Positions 31,215 to 41,100 of a stretch of 64,000 nt of DNA are shown one piece after another (position 1 is the first letter of the stretch; every line of letters begins with the position of its first letter). The notes beneath the pieces are model-generated. The model was not told the DNA's origin. It searched no databases and saw only the letters and a program-made list of their open reading frames with translations. This DNA comes from a bacterium (GTDB lineage: Bacteria > Patescibacteriota > Dojkabacteria > JAKAPS01 > JAJZLI01): the NCBI GenBank assembly GCA_021785355.1, contig JAJYFR010000001.1, positions 199,096-263,095 of the forward strand, read 5' to 3'. The position numbers and the translations under genes are program-made.

Positions 31215-31580
31215 ATGGAAGAAAATAAAGATAATACAAACACTAATGAATATAAAACAAAGAAAGTTATTTTTAGGGCACATCAAATAGTTTGGTATTT
31301 TTTAGGAATTATTGAAGTATTACTTGCTTTTAGATTTATATTACTCCTTTTTGGTGCAAATTCTCAAAATAGTTTTGTAAGTTTTATATACTCAATAAGT
31401 AATATTTTTGCACAACCTTTCTCTAATATATTTAATAACACTATAAGTAATAGTTCTATATTTGAATGGTCAATACTTATAGGTATGATTGTGTATTTAA
31501 TAATCGCATATGCTATTGTAAAATTTATTCAGTTGATAAATCCTGCTACTCCTCAGAAAGTAAAAGATACAATAGACTAA
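31215..31580 (+). CDS. YggT-like membrane protein
   Basis: IEVLLAFRFILLLFGAN, FVSFIY-x(6)-QPF, second TM. Confidence 0.75.
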   Translation: MEENKDNTNTNEYKTKKVIFRAHQIVWYFLGIIEVLLAFRFILLLFGANSQNSFVSFIYSISNIFAQPFSNIFNNTISNSSIFEWSILIGMIVYLIIAYAIVKFIQLINPATPQKVKDTID

Positions 31581-31671
31581 GGATGTACTTATCTTAGAGA
31601 CTATGTCAGTAAGAATAGTATTATCTTGGATGAATTTATTTTTTTAAAATTTATTCTGTTATAATATTTTA

Positions 31672-32169
31672 ATGAGAAGTAAAATATTAGAAAATTCAGA
31701 AAGTATATCTTTTTTTATTGAATTAGTAGTATTTGTATTTATTGGAGTTGTCTTACTTAATATAGTATTAGGTTTTTCTTTTAAATATATAAATGCTCAT
31801 AATTTATTTAAGAAATCAAAATTAGTTAAGGTTTCGTATACTACTGTTAATAAAAGAGTTATACCTTCTGAGGTTTTTGTAAAAACATTTTTTAAAAATT
31901 TTTCAGAGAATAAAGATATAACATCTTATTTATCGAAAGATTTTCAAAATAGTTTATATTCAGAATATAACTCCTCTAATTATAATTTGGATATAAAAAA
32001 TGTTTTAGGTATTCCATATATGAGTAAAAATATTTCTTTTGTGAAGGTATATTCTAATTACTATACAATATTTATGAATATTAGTGGGGCTAAGATCTAT
32101 CTGAATATTTTTTGGTTAAAGGTTGGTAATAGTTATCAAATATCTGCTATTAATCCAACTGAAGGATAA
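31672..32169 (+). CDS. Hypothetical membrane-anchored protein
   Basis: 165-aa ORF with N-terminal TM; TGT-TATAAT 6 nt upstream of ATG. Confidence 0.6.
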   Translation: MRSKILENSESISFFIELVVFVFIGVVLLNIVLGFSFKYINAHNLFKKSKLVKVSYTTVNKRVIPSEVFVKTFFKNFSENKDITSYLSKDFQNSLYSEYNSSNYNLDIKNVLGIPYMSKNISFVKVYSNYYTIFMNISGAKIYLNIFWLKVGNSYQISAINPTEG

Positions 32170-32182
32170 ATCTTATAATAAT

Positions 32183-32254
32183 AGCGAGAGACGGGATTTG
32201 AACCCGCGACCTCTTCCTTGGGAAGGAAGCATTCTACCACTGAACTACTCTCGC
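32183..32254 (-). tRNA. tRNA-Gly(CCC)
   Basis: GCGAGAG...CTCTCGC-T, anticodon arm CTTCC-TTCCCAA-GGAAG. Confidence 0.95.
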
Positions 32255-32261
32255 TTATATT

Positions 32262-32333
32262 AGCCGACAAGCAGAATCGAACTGCTAACTCCACTTTACG
32301 AAAGTGGTGCTTTACCTCTTAAGCTATATCGGC
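32262..32333 (-). tRNA. tRNA-Thr(CGT)
   Basis: GCCGATA...TGTCGGC-T, anticodon arm CCACT-TTCGTAA-AGTGG. Confidence 0.93.
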
Positions 32334-32392
32334 TTATTTGTTGATTTTAACAGATTTTTATTTTTTTTCTAAGTTGTGATAAAATACTAAGT

Positions 32393-33013
32393 ATGCAGAA
32401 TAATTTTTTAATAAGAGTTTTAACCATATTTATATCATCTCTAGTTGTAGCAGTGTTTGGAGTATATTTATCTAGATACGTACCTCCTGTATATTATTTT
32501 CCACTTATAATAATTGAATTTGTGCTACTATTTGCAATAGGTTTCTTAAAGAATAGACCAGCTCTAGCACCTACTCTACTCTATCTATTTACTCTTATAT
32601 CAGGTCTTACAATAGGACCTTTAATATATCAATTTTTTAGTTATAATTTAGGAAATTTAGTTTTTGAAGCTTTAGCTATAACTGTTTTTATTTTTATACT
32701 CTTAACTTCTATAGTATATTTTTTTAATATTAATTTAGTAAATTCTAAGATTTGGGTATTTTTAATGATAGGATTAGTAGGTATTATCATTGCAGGAATT
32801 GTTAATATCTTTATGCATAGTCCTATATTCAATTTTTATATATCAGTTGCTGTTGTATTAGTATTTTCAGGATTTGTGCTCTATGATATTTCTAATATTT
32901 TAGAGAATCCGGATATGACAAATGAGTATGTTGCTGCACTAGCACTATATTTAGATTTTGTTAATATCTTTATTGCCATACTGGATATATTAGGATTTAT
33001 AAATAGAAGTTAA
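32393..33013 (+). CDS. Bax inhibitor-1/YccA family membrane protein
   Basis: About 7 TMs; FSGFVLYD, AALALYLDFVNIF. Confidence 0.9.
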   Translation: MQNNFLIRVLTIFISSLVVAVFGVYLSRYVPPVYYFPLIIIEFVLLFAIGFLKNRPALAPTLLYLFTLISGLTIGPLIYQFFSYNLGNLVFEALAITVFIFILLTSIVYFFNINLVNSKIWVFLMIGLVGIIIAGIVNIFMHSPIFNFYISVAVVLVFSGFVLYDISNILENPDMTNEYVAALALYLDFVNIFIAILDILGFINRS

Positions 33014-33690
33014 TGTTTCTTCATATTTTTTTTAATTTTTTTTCTATATTATCGATACATCACATTACTCTGACAATCAATAAAGTAATATTTCCTAATA
33101 TATATATATTTCTATTTCTATTTATTTTATTAGAAGAGATGGGAGTTCCAATGCCTATTCCTGGAGAATTTTTTGTATTCTTAGCAGGTTATAGAATATC
33201 TTTAGGTTTTGTTAATCCTATATATATAATATTAATAGTATTGATTGCAACTTTTCTTGGATCTAGCATACTTTATTTTATTCTATATTCAAAAGGTTTA
33301 GATTTTATAGAAAAGTATGGTAAGTATATTTTTATTCCAAAATCAAGGATTATTGAAGTGCAATCTTGGTTTTTATCACATGGATTTTTTGCAATACTAG
33401 TAGGTCGTTGGATATTTGGTTTAAGAATCATTGCTAATGTAATAGGAGGTTTGTTTAGATTTAACTATTCAAAATTTATATCAATTACTCTATTTGCTAC
33501 AATTGCATGGACGATTTTCTATATTATTTTAGGAATTCTCTTAGGTCAATATTATCCTGTTTTGATAGCTTTCTTAAATCAATTCAACTCTATAGTAATA
33601 GAAGTTATTTACCTTGCAGTACTAACTTCAATAACAGCACTCTTTATAAAAGTTATTATTAGAAATGAAAAAAAGAAATTAACCGCATGA
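33013..33690 (+). CDS. DedA family membrane protein
   Basis: LEEMGVPMPIPGE, GRWIFGLR, multiple TMs. Confidence 0.9.
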   Translation: MFLHIFFNFFSILSIHHITLTINKVIFPNIYIFLFLFILLEEMGVPMPIPGEFFVFLAGYRISLGFVNPIYIILIVLIATFLGSSILYFILYSKGLDFIEKYGKYIFIPKSRIIEVQSWFLSHGFFAILVGRWIFGLRIIANVIGGLFRFNYSKFISITLFATIAWTIFYIILGILLGQYYPVLIAFLNQFNSIVIEVIYLAVLTSITALFIKVIIRNEKKKLTA

Positions 33691-35289
33691 AGATGAAGGT
33701 ATTGAAATTCCTCCAGTTCCTTCATAGTAATTTACTGTTCCTGCTGAATTTAGTTCCATATATACAACTGTAGCACCCCCTGGTATAGATATAGTATAAT
33801 TTGTATTGGCATTGGCGTTAAAATAGCACGAATATAAAGTGGCATTTGAAGGGTTTGAGTTATTCACATAATATATCTTTACTTGTATACTATTAGATAT
33901 ATTAAAAGTTAAATTTGTTGGAACATTATTTATAGTACAAACATGATAGCAGGGATTAGGTAGTGTATTCCAATTATTTATACCTCCACTTGGATTTAGT
34001 TGTCCAGAATATATTTCTGCTGGTCCGTTAGCACCTCCTATCTCATATACGTATCCTGCATATTCTACAGATGTTGCATATGCTCTAGTTGTGTTTGAAG
34101 GAACAGTAGGTAAAGATGTTGTTGTCAGCCATGTCCCTAAAGATCCGTTAGAATTTATTTGAGCATAATATACATTATCCATAAAAGTTCCTCCTTGTCC
34201 CACTACTCCATTTACTCCACCTATTTCATATATAAATCCTTTATATGCAACAGAAGTATTATTATATGAGGGTTGAGGTAATGATGAAGCTTGTGCCCAC
34301 GCACCGAGTGTACCATTAGAATTTATTTGAGCATAATATACATTTGGTGATACGCTTGCGCCTAGTTCCTCGTACTGACCTCCAATCTCATAGATATATC
34401 CATTATATTCAACTGAAGTTGCAAGCATAATACCTCCTCCTGTATACCAAGAGAACGAGGAAGTATATGTCCATGTTCCAAGTCCACCATTAGAATTTAT
34501 TTGAGCGTAGTATACTGCACTAGACCAACATCCTCCCATTTCATAGATATATCCATTGTATTCAACTGAAGTTGCGCAAGAGATGTTATAAGGCAAAGAA
34601 CTTGTTAAATTCCATGCTCCTAAACCTCCATTAGGATTTATTTGAGCATAATATATAGTATTTGTTTGATTTCTATTCGCATCAAATCCTGCGATTTCAT
34701 ATATATATCCATTATATGTTACAGCAGATGCATAAGATCTAGGTTGAGGCAAAGGTGTTGTTGGATTCCAATTTCCAAGTGTACCATTAACATTAATTGG
34801 TGCATAAGAAACATTTGTAGTTGCAAAGGAAACACTACTTCCTACAGATGTCTCACCTACTCCACCCATTACATATACATATCCATTAGAAACAACAGAA
34901 GACGAAACATCACTCCATTCTTCATTAGAGTAAGATACATTATTTATACTAATAGGTAGAGTTACAGATTTTGGAACTCTTGCTGTTATAGGTTTTGTAG
35001 AATTAGAGTTGCTTAAAGATTGAGAAGTTATTGTATATTTACATGAAGTTGAATTATTGCAATTTGTGTTTCCAGGAGAAACATTACCCGAGTTTATTGC
35101 TGATTGAGCTTGTTGAATTCCAGATTGAGCATTAGCGAAAGATACTTGAGAGCCATAACCTATATTTGTCTGATTAGTAGTTTTGCTAACACTAGTAGTA
35201 ATGGACATGACTAAAATTAACAGTACTATACCAAGTAGCATTACTATTACCAGAGCTTGTCCTCTATTATTTATTTTTATACCATTCAC
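33679..35289 (-). CDS. PilX-like minor pilin carrying an inserted six-bladed Kelch-type beta-propeller
   Basis: Class III-like signal NNRG|QALVIVMLLGIVLLIL, no Glu5, A-x-SGI motif; six (V/A)-x-Y/S-x-G-(Y/F)-x-Y-x-x-(G/A)G...W repeats. Confidence 0.8.
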   Translation of the reverse strand: MNGIKINNRGQALVIVMLLGIVLLILVMSITTSVSKTTNQTNIGYGSQVSFANAQSGIQQAQSAINSGNVSPGNTNCNNSTSCKYTITSQSLSNSNSTKPITARVPKSVTLPISINNVSYSNEEWSDVSSSVVSNGYVYVMGGVGETSVGSSVSFATTNVSYAPINVNGTLGNWNPTTPLPQPRSYASAVTYNGYIYEIAGFDANRNQTNTIYYAQINPNGGLGAWNLTSSLPYNISCATSVEYNGYIYEMGGCWSSAVYYAQINSNGGLGTWTYTSSFSWYTGGGIMLATSVEYNGYIYEIGGQYEELGASVSPNVYYAQINSNGTLGAWAQASSLPQPSYNNTSVAYKGFIYEIGGVNGVVGQGGTFMDNVYYAQINSNGSLGTWLTTTSLPTVPSNTTRAYATSVEYAGYVYEIGGANGPAEIYSGQLNPSGGINNWNTLPNPCYHVCTINNVPTNLTFNISNSIQVKIYYVNNSNPSNATLYSCYFNANANTNYTISIPGGATVVYMELNSAGTVNYYEGTGGISIPSSSCG

Positions 35290-35417
35290 AATATTAATAT
35301 ATAATATATAGAAAAAGTATTCAATATTATTTTATGAAAAAGATATTTGTATTTATTTTGTAGTGCTAAATTCAATAATATCACTCTTCATAAAAGTTAT
35401 TATTAGAAATGAAAAAA

Positions 35418-36014
35418 TTAATTACATGAAGATGAAGGTATTGATATTCCTCCAGTACCTTCATAATAGCTTACTATTTCAGATGAGTTTAGTTCTAGGT
35501 AAATTACTGTAGTACCTTTTGGTATAGATAGAGTATAATTCTCACCTCTATTTACATTAAAATAGCACGAATATAAAGTGGCATTTGAGTTATTTACATA
35601 ATATATTTTTACTTTACTACTATCTGATATATTAAAAGTTAAATTTAGATAAGAAGAAATATTATCAATGCTAATAGGTAGAGTTACAGATTTTGGAACT
35701 TTTGCTGTTATAGGTTTTGTAGCACTAGAATTACTTAAAAGTACCTGACTCGTGTTATATGAACAGGTATTTGTTGTAGTTGAATGACTACAATTCCCAC
35801 CAGATGGATTACCTGAGTTTATTGCTGATTGAGCTTGTTGAATTCCAGATTGAGCATTAGCGAAGGATACTTGAGATCCATAATCAATACTCGATTGATT
35901 AGTAGTTTTACTAACACTAGTAGTGATAGACATAACTAAAATCAACAGTACTATACCAAGTAACATTACTACTACCAGAGCTTGTCCTTTGTTATTTATT
36001 TTTATATCATTCAC
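35418..36014 (-). CDS. PilX-like minor pilin, short paralog without the Kelch domain
   Basis: NNKG|QALVVVMLLGIVLLIL; shares N-terminus and C-terminal YYEGTGGISIPSSSC with 33679..35289; start set to GTG 36014 by alignment with the paralog. Confidence 0.8.
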   Translation of the reverse strand: MNDIKINNKGQALVVVMLLGIVLLILVMSITTSVSKTTNQSSIDYGSQVSFANAQSGIQQAQSAINSGNPSGGNCSHSTTTNTCSYNTSQVLLSNSSATKPITAKVPKSVTLPISIDNISSYLNLTFNISDSSKVKIYYVNNSNATLYSCYFNVNRGENYTLSIPKGTTVIYLELNSSEIVSYYEGTGGISIPSSSCN

Positions 36015-36058
36015 TATATATAATATATAATATATAGAAAAGGTATTCAATATTATTT

Positions 36059-36712
36059 ATGAAAAAGAAATTTATACTTATATTAGGACTTATTTTTATA
36101 ATATTAGTTATATTTTTAGTCTATATTTTTTTATTTTTTAGAATAAAAAATGTTTATGTAAAAAATATTCAAAATAGAAATGTTATTTTAAGTATTCAAC
36201 AAAAGATAAAAGGACAAAATTTATTATTCGAAAGTAGTAATAATATTGATTCTACTATTAGGAAATACTATAGTTTTGCTTCAAGTGTAAGTTTTAAAAA
36301 AGTCTATCCCTCTGTTCTATATATTTATATAAAAAGTCTTCCTATAAATTTTATATATAAATACAAAAATTCTTATTACGATGTGTCTTCTTATGGTACA
36401 TATATAAAAACAAAAAGTCAGAAAAATGGATATATAACTGTATCCTCCTCTACTCCGATAAAAGATGCTCAATTAGGAAATATATTATCTTTATTAAAAA
36501 ATGTATCTACACAATTTGTTTTTGAAGTTTCTAAATATACTATAAATAATTATGATATAGTTATGACACTTTCAGATGGAAAAGATGTACTTTTGAATTT
36601 TCATAAGCCTATTTCTCTACAAATATCTCAAATAATTGGTATACTTACATCAAATAATACTAACTGTAATACTATTAATGTAGAGTTTCAAAAAATATAT
36701 TGCCAAAATTAA
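36059..36712 (+). CDS. ftsQ: FtsQ/DivIB-like cell division protein
   Basis: TM, FRIKNVYV, POTRA-like region with KKVYPSVLYI; immediately upstream of ftsA. Confidence 0.75.
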   Translation: MKKKFILILGLIFIILVIFLVYIFLFFRIKNVYVKNIQNRNVILSIQQKIKGQNLLFESSNNIDSTIRKYYSFASSVSFKKVYPSVLYIYIKSLPINFIYKYKNSYYDVSSYGTYIKTKSQKNGYITVSSSTPIKDAQLGNILSLLKNVSTQFVFEVSKYTINNYDIVMTLSDGKDVLLNFHKPISLQISQIIGILTSNNTNCNTINVEFQKIYCQN

Positions 36713-36769
36713 TATATTGCACACATTCATTTATTAATATATACTTTTTTATAATCATGATTATAAAAT

Positions 36770-38056
36770 ATGTCTAAAGGTATAGTAACAGGAATAGATA
36801 TAGGTTCATCAAAGATAACTACTTTGATTGTGAATGTTGAGGATGAAAATACCTCTGTTTTAGGTGTATCTAGTTATAAAAGTAATGGTATTAAGAATGG
36901 TGTTATTGTTAATATAAATGATGCTGTAAAATCAATATCAGAAAGTCTTTCTGCAGCAGAAAGAATGGCAGGGGTAGAAGTGAAAAGTGCTTATATAAGT
37001 CTAGGTTGCAGACAAATTTCAAGTACAAATAATAAAGGGGTTGTAGCTATATCAAATGATGAAATATCTCAAGAAGATATTAATAGAGTATGTGAGAGTT
37101 CTGTTGCAATATCAGTTCCTCAATCTGTAAAAATACTTCAAACTATATCAAGAGAATATGTCGTAGATTCTCAAGGTGGAATTAAAAATCCTATAGGAAT
37201 GGCAGGTATAAGACTGGAGATGGATACTCATATAATATCTGTTGGTAGTATGGTTATGCATAATTTACATAAATGTGTAGCTCAAGTAGGATTGGAGGTT
37301 GTAGATTCTATTTTTTCTGGATGGGCTGATGCTGAAGTAATTTTAAATTCAACAGAGAGGGAATTAGGAGTAATACTTTTAGATATTGGTTATGGAGTAA
37401 CAGATATCGTAATGTATTTAGATGATGCAATTGCGTTCTCAGGATCAATAGCTCTAGCAGGTTTAAGTATTACAAATGATTTGGCTATTGGATTAAAGAT
37501 TTCGGTAGAGGATGCAGAAAAATTAAAATGTTATTATCCTATATTAATAAAAAAAGCTCAACAAAGAGCTGAAAGTGAGAATAAAAGTAAAAAGGTTTCT
37601 GCGAATAAGTCTATTTTTACAAAGGAGGATTTATATCTGAGATTATCTGATATAGGTATAGAAACAGAGTCTAATTTAGATGAAATACGTAAAAGTATGA
37701 TTGATGAGATTATTGAAGCTCGTATATACGAAATTTTTGATAATGTAAAAAAATTAATTGTTGAAGCAGGATTTGATATCAAATTATCCACAAGTGTAGT
37801 TTTAACGGGAGGAAGTTCTAAATTATATGCAATATCTAAAATGGCACAAAAATATTTTTCTACATCATCTAGAGTTGGATATCCTACAAATTTTTCTTCT
37901 TTAAATGATGAAATATCTGGACCTACTTATTCTACTATACAAGGTATTGTTAATTATGGAATTCAATCTTTATCACAAGAAAAATATAAATCAAAGAAGA
38001 ATTTTTCAATTAATCCCAATGGATTAATTGAGTGGATAAAGAATTTCGTTTCTTAA
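36770..38056 (+). CDS. ftsA: Cell division protein FtsA
   Basis: GIDIGSSKI, ERELGVILLDIG, ITNDLAIGL, AEKLK, VLTGGSS. Confidence 0.95.
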   Translation: MSKGIVTGIDIGSSKITTLIVNVEDENTSVLGVSSYKSNGIKNGVIVNINDAVKSISESLSAAERMAGVEVKSAYISLGCRQISSTNNKGVVAISNDEISQEDINRVCESSVAISVPQSVKILQTISREYVVDSQGGIKNPIGMAGIRLEMDTHIISVGSMVMHNLHKCVAQVGLEVVDSIFSGWADAEVILNSTERELGVILLDIGYGVTDIVMYLDDAIAFSGSIALAGLSITNDLAIGLKISVEDAEKLKCYYPILIKKAQQRAESENKSKKVSANKSIFTKEDLYLRLSDIGIETESNLDEIRKSMIDEIIEARIYEIFDNVKKLIVEAGFDIKLSTSVVLTGGSSKLYAISKMAQKYFSTSSRVGYPTNFSSLNDEISGPTYSTIQGIVNYGIQSLSQEKYKSKKNFSINPNGLIEWIKNFVS

Positions 38057-38119
38057 TATTGAATAAATAACTGTTTTGTGGTTTAATGTTTACATATTTA
38101 AATTCTAAGTAAATATTAT

Positions 38120-39289
38120 ATGTTAGTTAAACCTCAATCTTTTGATAGTACAGCTAAAATAAAAGTTGTTGGTGTTGGTGGCGGAGGTAATAACGCTATT
38201 AATACAATGATATCTGTATATAATATTCTTGGCGTAGATTTTATCTCTGTTAATACTGATTCTCAAGCATTACAAAATTCTATAGCAGAAACAAAAATTC
38301 AAATAGGAAGTGAGTTGACAAAAGGATTAGGTTCTGGAGGTGTTTCTTCTGTAGGAAAACAAGCAGCAGAAGAGAGTATAGATCTTATACATGAGGCTTT
38401 ATCTGGAGCTGATATGGTTTTTATAACAGCAGGAATGGGTGGAGGTACAGGTACAGGAGCATCTCCTGTTATAGCAGGTATTGCAAAAAATCTAGGAGCA
38501 CTTACTGTTGGAGTTGTTACAAAACCTTTTTCTTTTGAAGGTCATAAAAGAGCACAGACTGCAATTGAAGGTATAGAAGAATTGAAAGGTAAAGTGGATA
38601 CATTAATAGTAATTCCAAATCAAAGACTTTTGAGTATAATTGATAGAAAAGTAACTTTTGTAGAAGCTATGCAAACAGTTGATGATATTCTAGGTCAAGG
38701 AGTTAAGAGTATATCTGAGTTGATTACAAAATCAGGAATGATAAATGTGGATTTTGCTGATATTAAAGCTATTATGGTTGATGCAGGAACAGCTTTAATG
38801 GGTATGGGTATAGCTACTGGAGATGATAGAGCTAAGGATGCAGCAAAGCAAGCTGTAGAGAGTCCATTATTAGAGCTTTCTATAAATGGTGCAACTGGTG
38901 TACTGTTTAATATAACAGCAGGAAATGATTTATCAATGTTAGAAGTAGATGAAGCTGCAAGTATAATATCTTCTTCTGCTGATGAAAATGCTAATATAAT
39001 ATTTGGTGCTGCTATTGATGATAGTATTCAAGATGGATCTATAAGAATAAATGTTTTAGCTACAGGTTTTGATAAAGATAAACAAGATATTATAATAAGA
39101 GAAGATAATTACAGAGAGGTGAAAAATACAGTAGAAAGTGTAGATATAAAAGAGGATATAGAAGATATTGAATTAGAAGAAGATGATGATTTTACTGTTT
39201 CAAAAAAAGATTCAAGTTTTGACATTAAAGAAGATGATGAGGAGAATTTAGATACTCCTGCATTTTTAAGAAGAGTTGTTAGAAAGTAG
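38120..39289 (+). CDS. ftsZ: Cell division protein FtsZ
   Basis: [24 protein letters not shown]-terminal LDTPAFLR. Confidence 0.99.
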   Translation: MLVKPQSFDSTAKIKVVGVGGGGNNAINTMISVYNILGVDFISVNTDSQALQNSIAETKIQIGSELTKGLGSGGVSSVGKQAAEESIDLIHEALSGADMVFITAGMGGGTGTGASPVIAGIAKNLGALTVGVVTKPFSFEGHKRAQTAIEGIEELKGKVDTLIVIPNQRLLSIIDRKVTFVEAMQTVDDILGQGVKSISELITKSGMINVDFADIKAIMVDAGTALMGMGIATGDDRAKDAAKQAVESPLLELSINGATGVLFNITAGNDLSMLEVDEAASIISSSADENANIIFGAAIDDSIQDGSIRINVLATGFDKDKQDIIIREDNYREVKNTVESVDIKEDIEDIELEEDDDFTVSKKDSSFDIKEDDEENLDTPAFLRRVVRK

Positions 39290-39291
39290 AT

Positions 39292-40299
39292 ATGCAATTT
39301 AGTTTTGATCTATCTTTAGATTTATTCGATAATTTAATTAATTTATCTGAGATAAATTCTAGTTTAAAATCCTTAAGTATTAATAAAAAGATAATAGAAG
39401 AATTTCTTATTAGTGATTTTTTTTATTTCTCTAAAATTGTTGATCTAGATATAGATAATAAAGGTTTAAGAGAATATGCATTAGGTTTTCATAAAATAGA
39501 AAATACTATAACGAATAAAATAACCTCATCATATAGAAATACATTAGAGATGATTCCATCATTTTATACTGATAAAGAAAATATATTAACTTTAAATAAT
39601 ATTTCCAGGATAAATAAAATTTTAACAGAAAAAAGTTTTGAAAGTTGGGAGAGTGGAAAACTTAGAACTAAAGATTTTCCATATATTTCAAAATATGATT
39701 TTCTTATTGAAGATACTTTATATAATGGAGATATATATAGTAATCTAAAAGATATTTTTATTTATTATAAGGAAGATAAAACACCTAAGAATTTAAAAAA
39801 TCTAGTTATAGTATATAATTTTTTAAAGTTAAAACCTTTTTGTGCATTAAATGATATAACCTCACTTATAATATTAAAATTACTATTTTTTGATATTGAT
39901 TATTTTTCATATATACCTATACTTAAGATATTTTATGAAAATAAAGAGAATTTAGATCCATATAAGATAGATATTAATGAATGGTTAGCTAATATATCTT
40001 CTTTGCTAAATGTATATTTAAAAGATATGTATTCATATATAAATAAATATACATCTTTAGAAAAAAGAAAATTTCTTTCAGATAAAATAATATCTTCTCT
40101 AAATTTTAGACAGAAAGAGATATTTTTCTTTTTATTAGAACATAAAAGTATCTCTAGACAGGAATATATGAAAATATATAAAGTTTCATCTATGACTGCA
40201 TTTAGAGATTTGAGTGATATGAAGAAGAAAAATATGGTCTCTCCTATAGGGACAGGAAGAGGTTTAAGATATACTATATTAGAAAAATATTTAATTTAG
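39292..40299 (+). CDS. Degenerate Fic-like protein with C-terminal winged HTH
   Basis: G-K-L-R motif; LKPFCALNDITS aligns to Fic HPFxDGNGRxxR; C-terminal LNFRQ...TAFRDLSDM...GTGRGLRY HTH. Confidence 0.7.
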   Translation: MQFSFDLSLDLFDNLINLSEINSSLKSLSINKKIIEEFLISDFFYFSKIVDLDIDNKGLREYALGFHKIENTITNKITSSYRNTLEMIPSFYTDKENILTLNNISRINKILTEKSFESWESGKLRTKDFPYISKYDFLIEDTLYNGDIYSNLKDIFIYYKEDKTPKNLKNLVIVYNFLKLKPFCALNDITSLIILKLLFFDIDYFSYIPILKIFYENKENLDPYKIDINEWLANISSLLNVYLKDMYSYINKYTSLEKRKFLSDKIISSLNFRQKEIFFFLLEHKSISRQEYMKIYKVSSMTAFRDLSDMKKKNMVSPIGTGRGLRYTILEKYLI

Positions 40300-41037
40300 A
40301 TATTGGTTTATAATACCTTGAAAATAAGAGAAAGGATATGCACCTAAAATTAATTGTCCTGTAATTTTTCCTTTATTTAACTTCCCTATTATGAATGTTG
40401 GAGTTCCTTGAATACCAATATTATTTCCTGTGGAGATATCTGCTTTTATTTGTGATAAGAATGTATCTTTTGATACACAACTTTGGTATGTTGCTATATT
40501 AAGGTGCATATTTTTTGCATAGCCTAATACTACGGAGGCAGTATTATTATTTTGTGAAGTACTATACATTTTATTTACAAATTGCCAATATTTTCCTTGT
40601 TCAGCAAAACATCTTGATTCTACAGCCATACCTAAGGCTAGAGGGTGTAGCGTTTCTAGGGGGTAATCTCTAAAAGCAAATAATACTTTTCCGTTATTTA
40701 TGTAATTATCCTTTATTAAAGGGAATGTAGAGTTATCAAAATTTTTACAATATGGACATTGAAAATCTCCAAATTCTACAATTGCTACTTTTGCAGTTTT
40801 CTTATTTCCTAAAATTGGGTTTGTACCTAAAGAGACCGTTGCTTTTATAGAATTATTTGAAGTTGTAGAGTTTGTTTGAGTACTAGTAGTTGTTTTGTTT
40901 GTTTTTTGAGGATTTGAGGTATTGTTTTGTGCCTTAGATGATAAATATATAGATCCTGCTATTATTATTCCTGCTATAACTATGGATAATGGGAGCATAT
41001 ACTTATTATATTCTTTTACCTCTACTTTTTCTTTCAT
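40291..41037 (-). CDS. DsbA/BdbD-family thiol-disulfide oxidoreductase
   Basis: TM anchor, EFGDFQCPYC, RDYPL, GIQGTPTF. Confidence 0.9.
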   Translation of the reverse strand: MKEKVEVKEYNKYMLPLSIVIAGIIIAGSIYLSSKAQNNTSNPQKTNKTTTSTQTNSTTSNNSIKATVSLGTNPILGNKKTAKVAIVEFGDFQCPYCKNFDNSTFPLIKDNYINNGKVLFAFRDYPLETLHPLALGMAVESRCFAEQGKYWQFVNKMYSTSQNNNTASVVLGYAKNMHLNIATYQSCVSKDTFLSQIKADISTGNNIGIQGTPTFIIGKLNKGKITGQLILGAYPFSYFQGIINQYLN

Positions 41038-41100
41038 ATAAAAATAATTATATCATATAAATTTTTAAAATTGATTTTTAACTGTTATAATCTTCTGTAT

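Larger units (their letters stand above)
33607..36075. repeat. Tandem duplication (unit 1 about 33607-35350, unit 2 about 35351-36075) spanning dedA 3' end, pilin gene and ftsQ start
   Basis: dedA tail CACTCTTTATAAAAGTTATTATTAGAAATGAAAAAA recurs near 35382; the TATAATATATAGAAAA-R-GTATTCAATATTATTT(T)ATGAAAAAGA block occurs before 35342 and before 36068; pilin termini nearly identical. Confidence 0.9.

Noticed and set aside
31090-31290. 66-aa ORF overlapping the YggT-like gene
   Set aside because: TTG start, out-of-frame overlap with a better supported gene, no motif
34148-34660. CRISPR-like repeats
   Set aside because: Repeats are in-frame blade repeats about 150-170 bp apart inside a CDS; no cas genes
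33923-34948. Intein or intron as the explanation for the in-frame insertion
   Set aside because: No C-terminal HN/C-S-T splice motif or endonuclease; the insert is a Kelch repeat domain
33679-36014. Diversity-generating retroelement TR/VR pair between the pilin paralogs
   Set aside because: Differences in the aligned C-termini involve all four bases and include indels, not adenine-specific changes; no reverse transcriptase in the window
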